Below are positions 1 to 9,569 of a stretch of 64,000 nt of DNA, piece after piece. The notes beneath the pieces were generated by a model. It saw only the letters and a list, made by a program, of their open reading frames with translations, had not been told where the DNA came from and ran no database searches. Every line of letters starts with the position of its first letter. Within the stretch, counting starts at the first letter, position 1. The translations under genes and the position numbers were made by a program. Source of the stretch: an uncultured delta proteobacterium (GTDB lineage Bacteria; Myxococcota_A; Polyangia; Fen-1088); NCBI GenBank assembly GCA_963755125.1, contig CAVWIP010000002.1:175944-239943 (forward strand), given 5' to 3'.

Positions 1-420
1 TTCCGGCTTGAGGTTCAGCTTCACGATGCGCTTGCCGGGCGGGAGCTTCTTGCACGAGTTGAATTCCTTCTCGCCTGGCAGCTCGACCACGCCGGAGGCG
101 CCGGGTTTTGCCGCGCCTGCCGCCGGGGCCGCGGGCGGCGCAGGCGGCGCAGGTGGAGGCGGCGCAGGGGCCGCAGCCGGCGTACCCGGACGAGCCGGAG
201 CGCGCGGCACGAGCCGGGATGGCCGCTGCGGAGGTGCGGGCGGCGTGGCTGCGGCCGGCGCCTGTGCGTACGCCCACGGTGTCGCCGCGAGGGATGCCAC
301 CAGGTAGGCGACAAGAGCGACGACTCCGGTACGGGCCAGCGCGCTGCGAAGGCGTCCAACCACGGTGTCGGCGAGCGTCGCGCGCCCGCCGGCGTCTGTG
401 TTCTTGCTGTTTGGTTTCAT
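1..420 (-). CDS. gspD: Type II secretion secretin GspD, N-terminal part (runs off the window start)
   Basis: Not in the ORF track; translated manually. ATG at 420 overlaps the gspC stop (ATGA). Reads MKPNSKNTDAGG...VVALVAYLVASLAATPWAYAQ (signal peptide), a Pro/Ala linker, then LPGEKEFNSCKKLPPGKRIVKLNLKPE, open to position 1. Lies directly downstream of gspC. Confidence 0.8.
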   Translation of the reverse strand, partial: MKPNSKNTDAGGRATLADTVVGRLRSALARTGVVALVAYLVASLAATPWAYAQAPAAATPPAPPQRPSRLVPRAPARPGTPAAAPAPPPPAPPAPPAAPAAGAAKPGASGVVELPGEKEFNSCKKLPPGKRIVKLNLKPE

Positions 421-1340
421 CGGATGTTGTAGTCCTGTGTGACTTTCTTGCCGTTGCTCTCCATGCCCAGGGACAGGTGGCTGGCCGACTTGAGCTTGGA
501 GTAGACTTCGAGCGCCTTCTCGGGACTCGTGATCTCGAGGCCGTTGATGGACGAGATCACGTCTCCGTTCTGCATCCCGATCTTGGCGAACGGCCCGTCG
601 GGCTTCACCGCGTAGAGCCGGAAGCCTGCCGCCTTGCCGTCGCGCATTTCAGGCACGATGCGCGCCGAGCGCGAGAGCAGTGACATGTTGCCCAGCACCG
701 ATTCCAGCGTGCCGCGCTGGATCTCAAAGGAGTGCTCGCCGGTCTTCTTGATGCCTTTGTCCATCTCGATCGAGAGAGGATCGGTTCCCCCAGCAGCCGA
801 GGCCACCGGCGGCGCGGGCGGCGCGGGCTTTTCAAACAAATCCAGAAACTCGGTCTTGCCAGCGTTGTCGAGGTAGATGCGGGTTTCTTGGATCTCGATG
901 ACCGTGGCGCCGTGGATCTTGCCGCCCACCGGAAATGCCCCCATCGACTTGATCTCGGTGTCGCGGATGACGGCTATCGACCACTTGATGCCGTTGGGCG
1001 GCGGCGCATACATGATGGCCAGCAGCGCGAGGGGAAGCGTGGTCTTGACGGGTTCCATGCTGGGGTCAATGGCCCCGCCATCGGGATGCGGCTCATCGAT
1101 GATGGGAGGGCAGGTCGAACAGAAGATGTTCCGTTTGAGTATTCCGTCCGGCTGCTTGCTGCTGCTGGCGGTCGTGGGCTCGGGCCGGCGTGGCTTGCTG
1201 GCGACAGGTGCCGGGGCGGGTATCGCCGCAACCACCTTCGACTCGACTGCACTCGAGGCTGCGTTGCCGAGAAAGGTTGCGCACAGGGCGACGACGGCCA
1301 GGTCGAGAGCCCAGAGATATTTTCTCAGCAGAGTTTCCAC
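417..1340 (-). CDS. gspC: Type II secretion system protein GspC (TM + HR + C-terminal PDZ)
   Basis: N-terminal TM helix, RNIFCSTC motif, and PDZ-like C-terminus GFRLYAVKPDGPFAKIGMQNGDVISSINGL. Confidence 0.9.
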   Translation of the reverse strand: METLLRKYLWALDLAVVALCATFLGNAASSAVESKVVAAIPAPAPVASKPRRPEPTTASSSKQPDGILKRNIFCSTCPPIIDEPHPDGGAIDPSMEPVKTTLPLALLAIMYAPPPNGIKWSIAVIRDTEIKSMGAFPVGGKIHGATVIEIQETRIYLDNAGKTEFLDLFEKPAPPAPPVASAAGGTDPLSIEMDKGIKKTGEHSFEIQRGTLESVLGNMSLLSRSARIVPEMRDGKAAGFRLYAVKPDGPFAKIGMQNGDVISSINGLEITSPEKALEVYSKLKSASHLSLGMESNGKKVTQDYNIR

Positions 1341-1358
1341 GGCTTGCTTGCACGCAAG

Positions 1359-1374
1359 AGCAACACCGGGGCCA
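1359..1374 (-). promoter_or_regulatory. sigma54 -24/-12 promoter of gspC-gspD
   Basis: Minus strand TGGCCCCGGTGTTGCT: GG-N10-GC with the TTGC -12 element, about 20 bp upstream of the gspC GTG. Confidence 0.7.
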
Positions 1375-1437
1375 GCCGGGCCATGAAAAAACCTTAATGG
1401 ATCAAATTAGTTACGGTTGAGGCCCGTTCACTTGGCC

Positions 1438-1450
1438 TGCCAATTTGGCA
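1438..1450. promoter_or_regulatory. Palindromic candidate enhancer (bEBP site) TGCCA-N3-TGGCA
   Basis: TGCCAATTTGGCA, roughly 90-100 bp upstream of the predicted sigma54 start site, with an AT-rich tract in between. Confidence 0.5.
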
Positions 1451-1622
1451 AGGCAGTTCAAGAGAGAGGGCAGACTGGGCACGCGTCAGCCTGGACAGCC
1501 TCCAGCGGTTGAGGACAGGGACGGAAGCGGGGCGACGACGGTTGGGGTACGGTCAGCCGACTTCTTGACGTGCCATCGTTCCGAGGGAATCGTCCGGCTT
1601 GTGAGTCGATCCAGGCCAGTCC

Positions 1623-3104
1623 TTACGTGGCCTCCGGCTCTGTGATTTCTCCTCTCATCTCCGTGTTCTCGGCTGCCGTCGCTGCTTTGTCCTGTCCAGC
1701 GCCTTCAGTTGGTGTCCCTTCCTTCTCCTCCTCCAGGCGCCGGTAGATGGTCCGGGTCGCGATCCCCAGCAACTGCGCGCACAGGCGCTTGTCGCCTCCC
1801 ACGTGGCCCAAGGTCGCGTGAATCACGCGTCGCTCGATCTCGCCGAGCGGCGTCCCGATGGCGAACGTGATGCTCTTTCCGTCGCTGGCGTTGCTCTGGC
1901 CCATGCGTACCTCGACGGGCAGGTCATCCAACTCCACAGCGGTCCCGCGGGAAAGAACCACCGCGCGCTCGATCGTGTTTTCCAACTCCCGCACGTTGCC
2001 CGGCCAGTCGTAGCGCACCAGAGCCTCGGCTGCCGGCCGGGCGAAGCCTGCCAGATGACGGCCGTTCCGCTCGCCGAAGAAACGCAGGAAGTGCTCGGCC
2101 AGAAGCGGGATGTCGTCGCGCCGTTCGCGCAAGGGAGGCACGCGCAGGGCAATCACATTGAGTCGGTAGTAAAGATCCTCCCGGAAACGGCCCTCCCTGA
2201 CTGCGCTGCGCAGATCCTGGTTGGTGGCCGCCACCAGGCGCAAGTCCACCTTGGTCGTTCGCCCGCCCAGCCGTTCGACCTCGCCCTCTTGCAGAACGCG
2301 CAGCAACTTGACCTGAACATGGGTGGGGATTTCGCCGATCTCGTCGAGGAAGAGGGTGCCGCCGTCGGCCTGCAGGAATCGCCCGTCGTGACGCTGTATG
2401 GCTCCGGTGAACGCCCCGCGCTCGTAACCGAAGAGTTCGGCTTCGAGAATCGTCTCAGGCAGCGCCGCGCAGTTGACGGGAACAAAGGGACCCGATGCAC
2501 GCGGCGAAGCGGCGTGGATAGCCCGCGCCAGCAATTCCTTACCGGTTCCCGATTCGCCCAACAGCAACACGGTTGCCATGGACGGCGCGGCCTGCATCAC
2601 CGTCTCCATGGTGCGGCGCCAGGCGAGCGACTGGCCGATCAGCGTCTTCTGCCGTTCGGCAGCCAGTTGCGCGCGTAGCGAGCGGTTTTCCTGCAGGAGG
2701 TTGTGTTTTTCCAATGCCTTGCTGACCGCACGAACGACGTGCGCGCGCTTGAGCGGCTTGGTGACAAAGTCGTAGGCACCCTGCCTCATGGCATCTACGG
2801 CGTTCTCTACCGAACCGTAGGCGGTCATGAGAATAGTCTCGGTCTCTGGTGAGACGCTGCGGCTGGCCTTGAGCAGATCCAGTCCAGATAGACCCGGCAT
2901 GATCAGATCGGTGAGGACAACTGACACGGGCTCGCGGCGCAGAATATCGAGCGCTTCTCCACCGCTGCGCGCCGTGAGCACGCGCAACGACTCTCGCTCG
3001 AATATCTTGCTCAACGAGTCGACGATGCCCGGCTCATCGTCCACGACCAAGATGGTCGGGGCAGCGGAATCTCGGGCCGCGCTGGTTTCGGCTTCATTGG
3101 TCAC
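1623..3104 (-). CDS. sigma54-dependent response regulator (NtrC family: REC-AAA+-HTH)
   Basis: REC (VVDDE...LTDLIMPG), Walker [31 protein letters not shown], Fis-type HTH. Start taken as GTG 3104 (the ORF extends to 3173). Confidence 0.92.
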   Translation of the reverse strand: MTNEAETSAARDSAAPTILVVDDEPGIVDSLSKIFERESLRVLTARSGGEALDILRREPVSVVLTDLIMPGLSGLDLLKASRSVSPETETILMTAYGSVENAVDAMRQGAYDFVTKPLKRAHVVRAVSKALEKHNLLQENRSLRAQLAAERQKTLIGQSLAWRRTMETVMQAAPSMATVLLLGESGTGKELLARAIHAASPRASGPFVPVNCAALPETILEAELFGYERGAFTGAIQRHDGRFLQADGGTLFLDEIGEIPTHVQVKLLRVLQEGEVERLGGRTTKVDLRLVAATNQDLRSAVREGRFREDLYYRLNVIALRVPPLRERRDDIPLLAEHFLRFFGERNGRHLAGFARPAAEALVRYDWPGNVRELENTIERAVVLSRGTAVELDDLPVEVRMGQSNASDGKSITFAIGTPLGEIERRVIHATLGHVGGDKRLCAQLLGIATRTIYRRLEEEKEGTPTEGAGQDKAATAAENTEMRGEITEPEAT

Positions 3105-3202
3105 GTCTGCAGTTCCCCGTCCTGATCCTTCAAAGCGGATGCCAGGCGTATCAACTCCGCCGACACCACCCAACCGGCCGGAAACACAACATTATCAAAG
3201 TG

Positions 3203-3280
3203 CAGCATTTTGACACGGTCGACTTGGTGCCATCTTGACACAACTTCCGCCAACCCGCCCGTCTTGCTGTCACTTTGGCA
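3203..3280. promoter_or_regulatory. Cluster of three TGYCA-N3-TGRCA-like sites upstream of the response regulator
   Basis: CAGCATTTTGACA (3203-3215), TGCCATCTTGACA (3228-3240), TGTCACTTTGGCA (3268-3280); same dyad as the 1438 site. Confidence 0.45.
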
Positions 3281-3402
3281 GAGGGTTTCAGTCCTGACTG
3301 CGACAGGGGTACTGGTCCATCTGGCCACCCGCCCAATGCTGAGGACACAGAGGGGAGAAGGGATGGCACAGAGCTGGGTTGCGAACAGTCCGGGCCAGCC
3401 GG

Positions 3403-5247
3403 CTACGGCGTGACTGGGCCGACAAAAGTGGTGACGCTGGACGCGGTGAGGGTGACGTTCACCGTCGCGCCGGCCGTCACCGCGCCGACGTTGGCGAGGT
3501 TCTCACTTGCCGAAGTTCGGTAGCTGGTCAACGCGCCAAAGCTCCCCGCGTCGATGGTCAGAGCGAGGGGAACCTCGGACGTTCCTGCATTGATCGCCAC
3601 CATCGCGATTTGGTTCCCGGCGGGGTTCTTGAAGGCGGACAGGTACACGTTGTTGGCTGGAGTCGCCACGGCATCGACCCGGCTCCAGCCAGGACGAATG
3701 AAGCGGCTGTACTGGCCAAGGGTGTAGAGTCGCTTGGGCTGGGTTCCACTTGTCTGCGCGAGACAGCCGTTGCCAGTGCCCCACGCCCACCAGTAGTTGA
3801 ACGCGCTCCATTGGGTGACCACCAGATCCATGTGAACCAGGCGCGCGACAAGCAACCCATCGGTGATGCTGGCGTCCTGGGCCCACGCTGCTGTACTGAA
3901 CTCAGTCATCCAGATCCGTTTGCCCGCGGCCAGTGAATTGGTAAGGGTTGGCGGCGCATAGGAACTGGCGTTGCTCTTCCCGAAATCGTACTGGTGAACC
4001 CCCACCACGCCCAACAGAGCTGAAGTGGCTGCATCGCTCAGGATGGGGACAATGAGAGCCTCTGTCGCGGTTTGGGATTCGGGCGCCATGATCTGCAGGG
4101 TGGGCAACTGAGTGAATACACCCTTCTTGGTGAACTCCGTATTCAGCGTTGCCAAGAAGTCGTGCAACTGAGCGGCGGTCCAGTCACAGGATTCGTACGT
4201 GCATTGAAAGCTCGGTTCGTTTTGCAGCGAAAGGACCGACAAGTCGACGCCCATCTTTGCCTTGTACCCCAACAGATAGTCCGCCAGAACGTCGGCGTAG
4301 TCCGCGTAGTGAGTGGGATCGAGACTGCCGCCTACTTCGGGTGCATTGATGTAGTCAATGGTCTTGTAACTGTCGCTGATCTTCCATTTACTGACGCTGT
4401 TGTTGGGAGGCGTCCAGGGCGTGCTCATAAACTTCGTCACCTGATAGTCTGCGCCCGCGGCCTTGATGTCGCTGATCAGAGAACTGGTGTTGCTCAGATC
4501 CCAGTTGGACCAATTGAGCGAGAAGGTCTTGCTGCCGTCACTATTGGTCGTGTACTGGTAGGTGCCGTCAGCGTTCTTGTTGATGAACTTGTCGTCATTG
4601 CTTGGGTTTTCTCGAAAGGGGATCCGATTGCGCACCAGGGACAGCCCGGCCCCGTTGCTGACGCTGAAGAGCGCGTCGTAGACCGCGGTCTTGACCGCGG
4701 CTTGGGGAGGGTACAACCAAGCGGTGCTGACACCGAATCCATCGATCACCTGCTTCGCCTGCGAGAACCTCACGTTCGCGCCGGGATTGGTCGCGAGCGC
4801 TCCGCCCGCGCTGGCTCCGCCCGAGTTCGCTGTCCCACCTGACGTCGTCGTGCCTCCCGTTGCGGTTCCACCGGTGCCCACGGCCCCGCCGGTTGCAGTC
4901 GTTCCCGCGGTTCCCCCGGTCACAGATATGCCCGCGGCCCCGCCGGTCTTCGCCGCGCTCGCCATTCCGCCGGTTCCCGCTGTGGCGGGAATGCCTCCCG
5001 CGGCCGCAGCGGTCTGGCCTCCTGCTATTGTTGACCCGCCGCCGGCACCTGAGACGCCACCCGTTGCGCCGGCTGCGGGCGCGTCAAGGGCTGGTCCACG
5101 GCCGCCCGTATCGCGGGGCACCGTGGCCGCGTCCGGCACGGGCGCGGCGGATCCGTCAACGGGGGCGGATGCTCGGTGGCAGCCACTTCCGGCCGCCGCG
5201 AAAGCAAGAAAAGACAGCGCCGTTGTAATAATCGTACTTCTGGACAT
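3403..5247 (-). CDS. Exported glycoside hydrolase family 30 (xylanase-like) with Gly/Thr/Ala linker, probable lipoprotein
   Basis: Signal ending GSGC, long GGT linker, IDGFG, STPWTPP, acid/base QNEP, nucleophile WMTE, KRLYTLGQYSRFIRPG, and a C-terminal beta domain ending SVTTFV. Confidence 0.85.
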   Translation of the reverse strand: MSRSTIITTALSFLAFAAAGSGCHRASAPVDGSAAPVPDAATVPRDTGGRGPALDAPAAGATGGVSGAGGGSTIAGGQTAAAAGGIPATAGTGGMASAAKTGGAAGISVTGGTAGTTATGGAVGTGGTATGGTTTSGGTANSGGASAGGALATNPGANVRFSQAKQVIDGFGVSTAWLYPPQAAVKTAVYDALFSVSNGAGLSLVRNRIPFRENPSNDDKFINKNADGTYQYTTNSDGSKTFSLNWSNWDLSNTSSLISDIKAAGADYQVTKFMSTPWTPPNNSVSKWKISDSYKTIDYINAPEVGGSLDPTHYADYADVLADYLLGYKAKMGVDLSVLSLQNEPSFQCTYESCDWTAAQLHDFLATLNTEFTKKGVFTQLPTLQIMAPESQTATEALIVPILSDAATSALLGVVGVHQYDFGKSNASSYAPPTLTNSLAAGKRIWMTEFSTAAWAQDASITDGLLVARLVHMDLVVTQWSAFNYWWAWGTGNGCLAQTSGTQPKRLYTLGQYSRFIRPGWSRVDAVATPANNVYLSAFKNPAGNQIAMVAINAGTSEVPLALTIDAGSFGALTSYRTSASENLANVGAVTAGATVNVTLTASSVTTFVGPVTP

Positions 5248-5454
5248 ATTGCTTTGATTCCGGACCTTGCAATGATTTATTAGTTTCTCGACAATTCAAT
5301 ACTTCTTTGCACGCCCGGCCTATGATCGACTCCGGTGAGCGATAAATTCTGACCACAGGCTGCCGGCAGCGACAGGCAGGAGTCAAGCACTACCCATCCA
5401 GGGCATCCGCCGACGGTCAGTCGAAACCCTCATGGTAGATCAGGAACCTGCCAA

Positions 5455-8109
5455 CTACTTGCAAACGCCGTTTTGGCAGGTGGCTGGCGCGGTGCACGCG
5501 ACGCCACACGCACCGCAGTTGGCAACATCGCTGCCTAGGTTGGCGCAAGTCCCATTGCAATCGGCCAGTCCGGGCGCGCACGATGAGCAGCAGCGGAACC
5601 CGGTATCGGGATACGAGAAGTCCTGCGCGAGCGTGGCGGCCATGAAGGTGCAATCCAGGCCGACGGAAAAACTGTCAAAGGCGCCTCCTCGGACGGTGTA
5701 CACCTGGCGTCCATCTGCCAGTGCGCCGCGCAGGTCGTCGGTCCATTCGGCCAAATTGCCGCTCATGTCGAAGACCGTCGCGGCGACGTTGTTCGGGTCG
5801 AGAGTGCCAGAGGTGGTGCACTCGCTGAAGGTGCCCACGCTCACAACTGCGTTAAGGTTTGCTTCGGCGCCGTTGCACAGGGTTGCATTGTAGTTTGAAC
5901 CATAGGGATAGCAGCCATCGACACAGGTCTTCCCCAGCTCACAAGCGAAGCCCCATTCATCGGCGGTCACGACGTCGTTGTTGCGCAGAACTTCGCACAG
6001 GCGCATGCCGGCGGCGCGGCAGGCGGCATCAGCCGCCGTCCATGTCACCGAACTCCAGGGCAAAACCCCGGTGCCGGTCGCACTGGTTTGGCGTGAGCAG
6101 GCACGGGCCGAGGAAGAACCCGCCGACGTCGCGTTTGCATCGACGCGGCTGGCCTCGTAGCTGTAGATGTAGTAGCCGGTGCCTAGCGCGCCTGTCGCCG
6201 CGACGTGGACCACGGAATCGCGCACACCCTTGCACTCCTGCCCCGCGCACTGTGGCAGCCCGAGTCCCGACGGGTTGTCCCAGCTTTCGTCGATGAGGCC
6301 GTCGCAGTCGTTGTCCTTGCCGTCGCAGATCTCGTCGGTCGGTGTGGCGGCAACCGAGCCGGTCAGATCGCAGGCCGGGGGCAAAATCTTGTCGGCCTGG
6401 CACTTCATGGTGCCGACGCGCTGGCATTCACCCAGGCCAGCGTTGTCACTGCATGATGTGCCCAGGACGGCGGACGCGAACTCATCCACCTCGCCGTTGC
6501 AGTTGTTGTCGAGCCCGTCGCACCATGATTCCTGCGCCGCCACTTGGTTGGGGCCGGTAAGCTGTACAGTGGCCGGGTAGTTGCAGACCCAGCTCGGCAT
6601 GCTGGCGCCGGACGGGGTGGTGCACACCGGGAAAGTGGCGTCGCCCGGGTAGTGCGTCGAGTCCCCTGGACCCTTGCCACATTCACCTATCTGCAGGCAG
6701 AAGTTGACCGTCGGGTAGATCAGTCCAGGGTCGTTCGTGTCGGTGAGCCCATTGCAATCGTTGTCGACGCCATCGCAGACTTCCGGTCCGTTGGGGGTGC
6801 AGGCGTATTCGCAGCCATTACTCGGGTTGTGGTCGGCATCTGTCCAACCGGCCTGGCAAGAGCCCATTTGACACTGACCGTTGATGCATAGCCCGGTCGC
6901 GTGGGCGTAGGTGCAGGCGACCCCGCAACTGCCGCAGTTTCGCGGATCATTCTGCAAGTTGAAGTCCTCGTCAACCAAGCCATCGCAGTCGTTGTCGAGT
7001 CCGTCACAGATTTCCAGTTGCGGCGTCACTACACCGTTGCAAACCAGGGTTCCAGCCGTGCATACCCAGGCGCCCAGTCGACACTGACCGATGCAGATCC
7101 CAGTCTGCAGATTGCAGCCGTCAGCCCCAGCCGGATAACAGGGCTTGCCCAGGTTGGGATCGCTCTCGTCGATGAGGCCGTTGCAGTTGTTGTCGATTCC
7201 GTCGCAGACTTCCTCGCTGGGTTGTTGTGCACCTACGCAGAGGCGCGCACCGGCGATGCAGGTCAGAACCCCCGGCTGGCATCCACCACCTCCACCGCAA
7301 GGCTGGCCCACGTCCGTGGGATTATCGTCAATGAGGCCGTCGCAGTCGTTGTCGATTCCGTCGCAGATCTCGATGCCATTGTTGCTTGGCGTGCAGGCGT
7401 ACTCGCACCCGTTGTCAGGATTGCCGTCGATGTCGAAGTAGCCAGGCAGGCACGTGTGAGTGCATTGCCCCTTTTGGCAGACACCGGTGGCGTGGGCGAA
7501 GCTGCACACGTTGCCGCACTGGCCGCAATTGGTCGCGTCGTTCTGCAGGTCGAAACCCTCGTCGATCTGGCCGTTGCAGTTGTTGTCCGCGCCGTCGCAG
7601 ATCTCGACGCCGCCATTGCTCTCCAGACATTCGCAGCCGTTCACCGGATTGCCGTCGAGATCAACGTAGCCGGGATTGCAGGTGCCCACCCCGCACACGC
7701 CCGCGACGCAGGCCGCTTGGGCGTGGGGAATCTCGCAGATGGTCCCGCATAGGCCGCAGTTCTGCGGGTCAGTTTGAAGATTGGCTTCTTGGCAGGAGCC
7801 CCCGCCCGTTTCCGCATGGGAGCCCGACCCGCCATCGCTCGCGCCGCCCGCACCCCCGGACGGCATCAGCGAGAAGCCATCTCTTCCCCCGCCATCCACG
7901 CCGGCGGGGCCAATCAGGCGAGCCACATCGGCGCTGCGTTGCTGGCAGGCGCCCAACACCAGCGCCAACGCCGCGGCGTAGCCAAGATCCCTGTGGTGCG
8001 CACGATAGACCGCTGCTACCAGCCCATGGCTTCGCCCCTGCCCAGCCACTTCAGCAGCCGAAACAGTGGCGCTGCTCTGACTGATTGCAGGTGTCGCAGT
8101 CGGTCCCAT
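5455..8109 (-). CDS. Cys-rich MopE-related repeat lipoprotein with C-terminal FGE/SUMF1-like domain
   Basis: Lipobox LVLGAC; seven ExCDGxDNxCxGxxD repeats; four DxxNCGxCGxxC repeats; DMSGNLAEW...RGGAF...GFRCC. Exact start uncertain. Confidence 0.8.
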   Translation of the reverse strand: MGPTATPAISQSSATVSAAEVAGQGRSHGLVAAVYRAHHRDLGYAAALALVLGACQQRSADVARLIGPAGVDGGGRDGFSLMPSGGAGGASDGGSGSHAETGGGSCQEANLQTDPQNCGLCGTICEIPHAQAACVAGVCGVGTCNPGYVDLDGNPVNGCECLESNGGVEICDGADNNCNGQIDEGFDLQNDATNCGQCGNVCSFAHATGVCQKGQCTHTCLPGYFDIDGNPDNGCEYACTPSNNGIEICDGIDNDCDGLIDDNPTDVGQPCGGGGGCQPGVLTCIAGARLCVGAQQPSEEVCDGIDNNCNGLIDESDPNLGKPCYPAGADGCNLQTGICIGQCRLGAWVCTAGTLVCNGVVTPQLEICDGLDNDCDGLVDEDFNLQNDPRNCGSCGVACTYAHATGLCINGQCQMGSCQAGWTDADHNPSNGCEYACTPNGPEVCDGVDNDCNGLTDTNDPGLIYPTVNFCLQIGECGKGPGDSTHYPGDATFPVCTTPSGASMPSWVCNYPATVQLTGPNQVAAQESWCDGLDNNCNGEVDEFASAVLGTSCSDNAGLGECQRVGTMKCQADKILPPACDLTGSVAATPTDEICDGKDNDCDGLIDESWDNPSGLGLPQCAGQECKGVRDSVVHVAATGALGTGYYIYSYEASRVDANATSAGSSSARACSRQTSATGTGVLPWSSVTWTAADAACRAAGMRLCEVLRNNDVVTADEWGFACELGKTCVDGCYPYGSNYNATLCNGAEANLNAVVSVGTFSECTTSGTLDPNNVAATVFDMSGNLAEWTDDLRGALADGRQVYTVRGGAFDSFSVGLDCTFMAATLAQDFSYPDTGFRCCSSCAPGLADCNGTCANLGSDVANCGACGVACTAPATCQNGVCK

Positions 8110-8178
8110 GAACAGCCATAGTGTACAGTGTCTCGACGGGAACGGTAAGTCTGGAGGCGTTTGGCCGGCGCCCGAACG

Positions 8179-8790
8179 TCATGTGTGTACAGCCGCGCGC
8201 AGCGGGGGAGTGAGGCTGGGGCTCGGCAAGCCGCCCTTCTGACGGCGCTTGTCCAGGTACATCTCGTGGTCGGCCACGCGCATGATCTCGTCGCAGGTCG
8301 TGCCATCCTTGGGATAGCCAGCGAATCCGAAGCTGAGTTCGATGGAGAAAGGGGCGCCGGTGCGGGCTTCGGCCAGCGCGGCACGCAGACGCGCAAGCAG
8401 CGGCGCGGTTCCACCCACCCCGATCTCGGGCAAGAGCACCGCGAACTCATCACCCCCGATGCGGCAGAGCACGTCGTGGGTGCGCAGCGAGCGTTCGAGG
8501 AACTCGGCCACCCAGCGCAGAACCAGATCCCCTTCCGGGTGGCCGTGAACGTCGTTGATGGCCTTGAGATCGTTCACGTCGGCCATCATGATGCTGAAGT
8601 GGCGCTGGGGCTGGCGACGTGCGCGGCTCAACTCCTCGGTGAGACGCTCGGTGAAGTAGCGGCGGTTCCACAGTCCGGTGAGATCGTCGCGATAAGCGAG
8701 AGTGCGATAGGTTTCCATCCTGGCGAGTTCCTGGCGAAGTTCGGCATTCTCGCGCAGCAAGTCCTTGATGCTGGGTGGTGCGGCTCGCAT
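8179..8790 (-). CDS. Diguanylate cyclase (short coiled coil + GGDEF)
   Basis: DDLTGLWNRRYF, KAINDVHGHPEGD, RTHD I-site, RIGGDEF. Start ATG 8790 (MRAAPPS); the longer ORF is the antisense of the HAD gene. Confidence 0.88.
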   Translation of the reverse strand: MRAAPPSIKDLLRENAELRQELARMETYRTLAYRDDLTGLWNRRYFTERLTEELSRARRQPQRHFSIMMADVNDLKAINDVHGHPEGDLVLRWVAEFLERSLRTHDVLCRIGGDEFAVLLPEIGVGGTAPLLARLRAALAEARTGAPFSIELSFGFAGYPKDGTTCDEIMRVADHEMYLDKRRQKGGLPSPSLTPPLRAAVHT

Positions 8791-8874
8791 TGAATCCTTG
8801 CGTCCCACGAGAGAAGTTGTAGCAAAAAGGTCGGTGGCGCGCCAACCCAGCCCAGTATAATCGAGCACAGAATC

Positions 8875-9558
8875 ATGTCCTTTCGCGCCGCAATCCTCTT
8901 CGATCTCGACGGAACCTTGGTCGACACCGAGCGCGACAACGTGGAGTCGGTGGTGCTGGCCCTGCGGCACTGGCGCATCGATCTTGACGGTGCCGAGCGG
9001 CACTTCGTAGTGGGCCATTCCTGGAACGAGATATACGCCATGCTGGTTCGCGACCATGGGCTGCAGGTTGGCATGGCCGAGGTCATCACGCGGGCGGTGG
9101 CGGAGAAACGGCAGCTCCTGGCGCACAAGGGATACCAGCCCTTGCCGGGGGTGCGCGACGTCGTCAAGCGGCTCGGCCGTCGAGCGGAGTTGGCCGTGGT
9201 CTCGGGTGCCAGCCGGGTCGAAGTGCACGAGGCCGTCGCCGGGCTGGGGATGTTGGGAGATTTTCGCGTCTTGCTCGGGGCCGAGGACTATGGCAAGGGC
9301 AAACCCGATCCCGAGCCGTATCTGACCGCGATGCGCTTGCTCGGCGTGCCCGCGGCCGCCTGCATCGTGGTGGAGGACGCCGAGCCGGGCATTCTCGCGG
9401 GACGGGCTGCAGGCGCTCACGTAGTCGCCGTGCGGGCCGCCAACTACCTAGGATATGACCAGTCGGCAGCGGACGTTGTCCTCGACACGCTCGATGGAAT
9501 GACCGACGAGCTGTGCGATCGGTTGCTGGCGCAGACGGAATCGATCGCAGTCGGCTAG
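8875..9558 (+). CDS. HAD-superfamily phosphatase (beta-PGM/CbbY-like)
   Basis: FDLDGTLVD, GKPDPEPY, VEDAEPG motifs. Confidence 0.9.
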   Translation: MSFRAAILFDLDGTLVDTERDNVESVVLALRHWRIDLDGAERHFVVGHSWNEIYAMLVRDHGLQVGMAEVITRAVAEKRQLLAHKGYQPLPGVRDVVKRLGRRAELAVVSGASRVEVHEAVAGLGMLGDFRVLLGAEDYGKGKPDPEPYLTAMRLLGVPAAACIVVEDAEPGILAGRAAGAHVVAVRAANYLGYDQSAADVVLDTLDGMTDELCDRLLAQTESIAVG

Positions 9559-9569
9559 CAGGCGTCGCC

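Noticed and set aside
4790..5100. Repetitive GC-rich tract in the GH30 gene
   Set aside because: Encodes an ordinary Gly/Thr/Ala linker of the exported enzyme; not a DNA-level repeat element.
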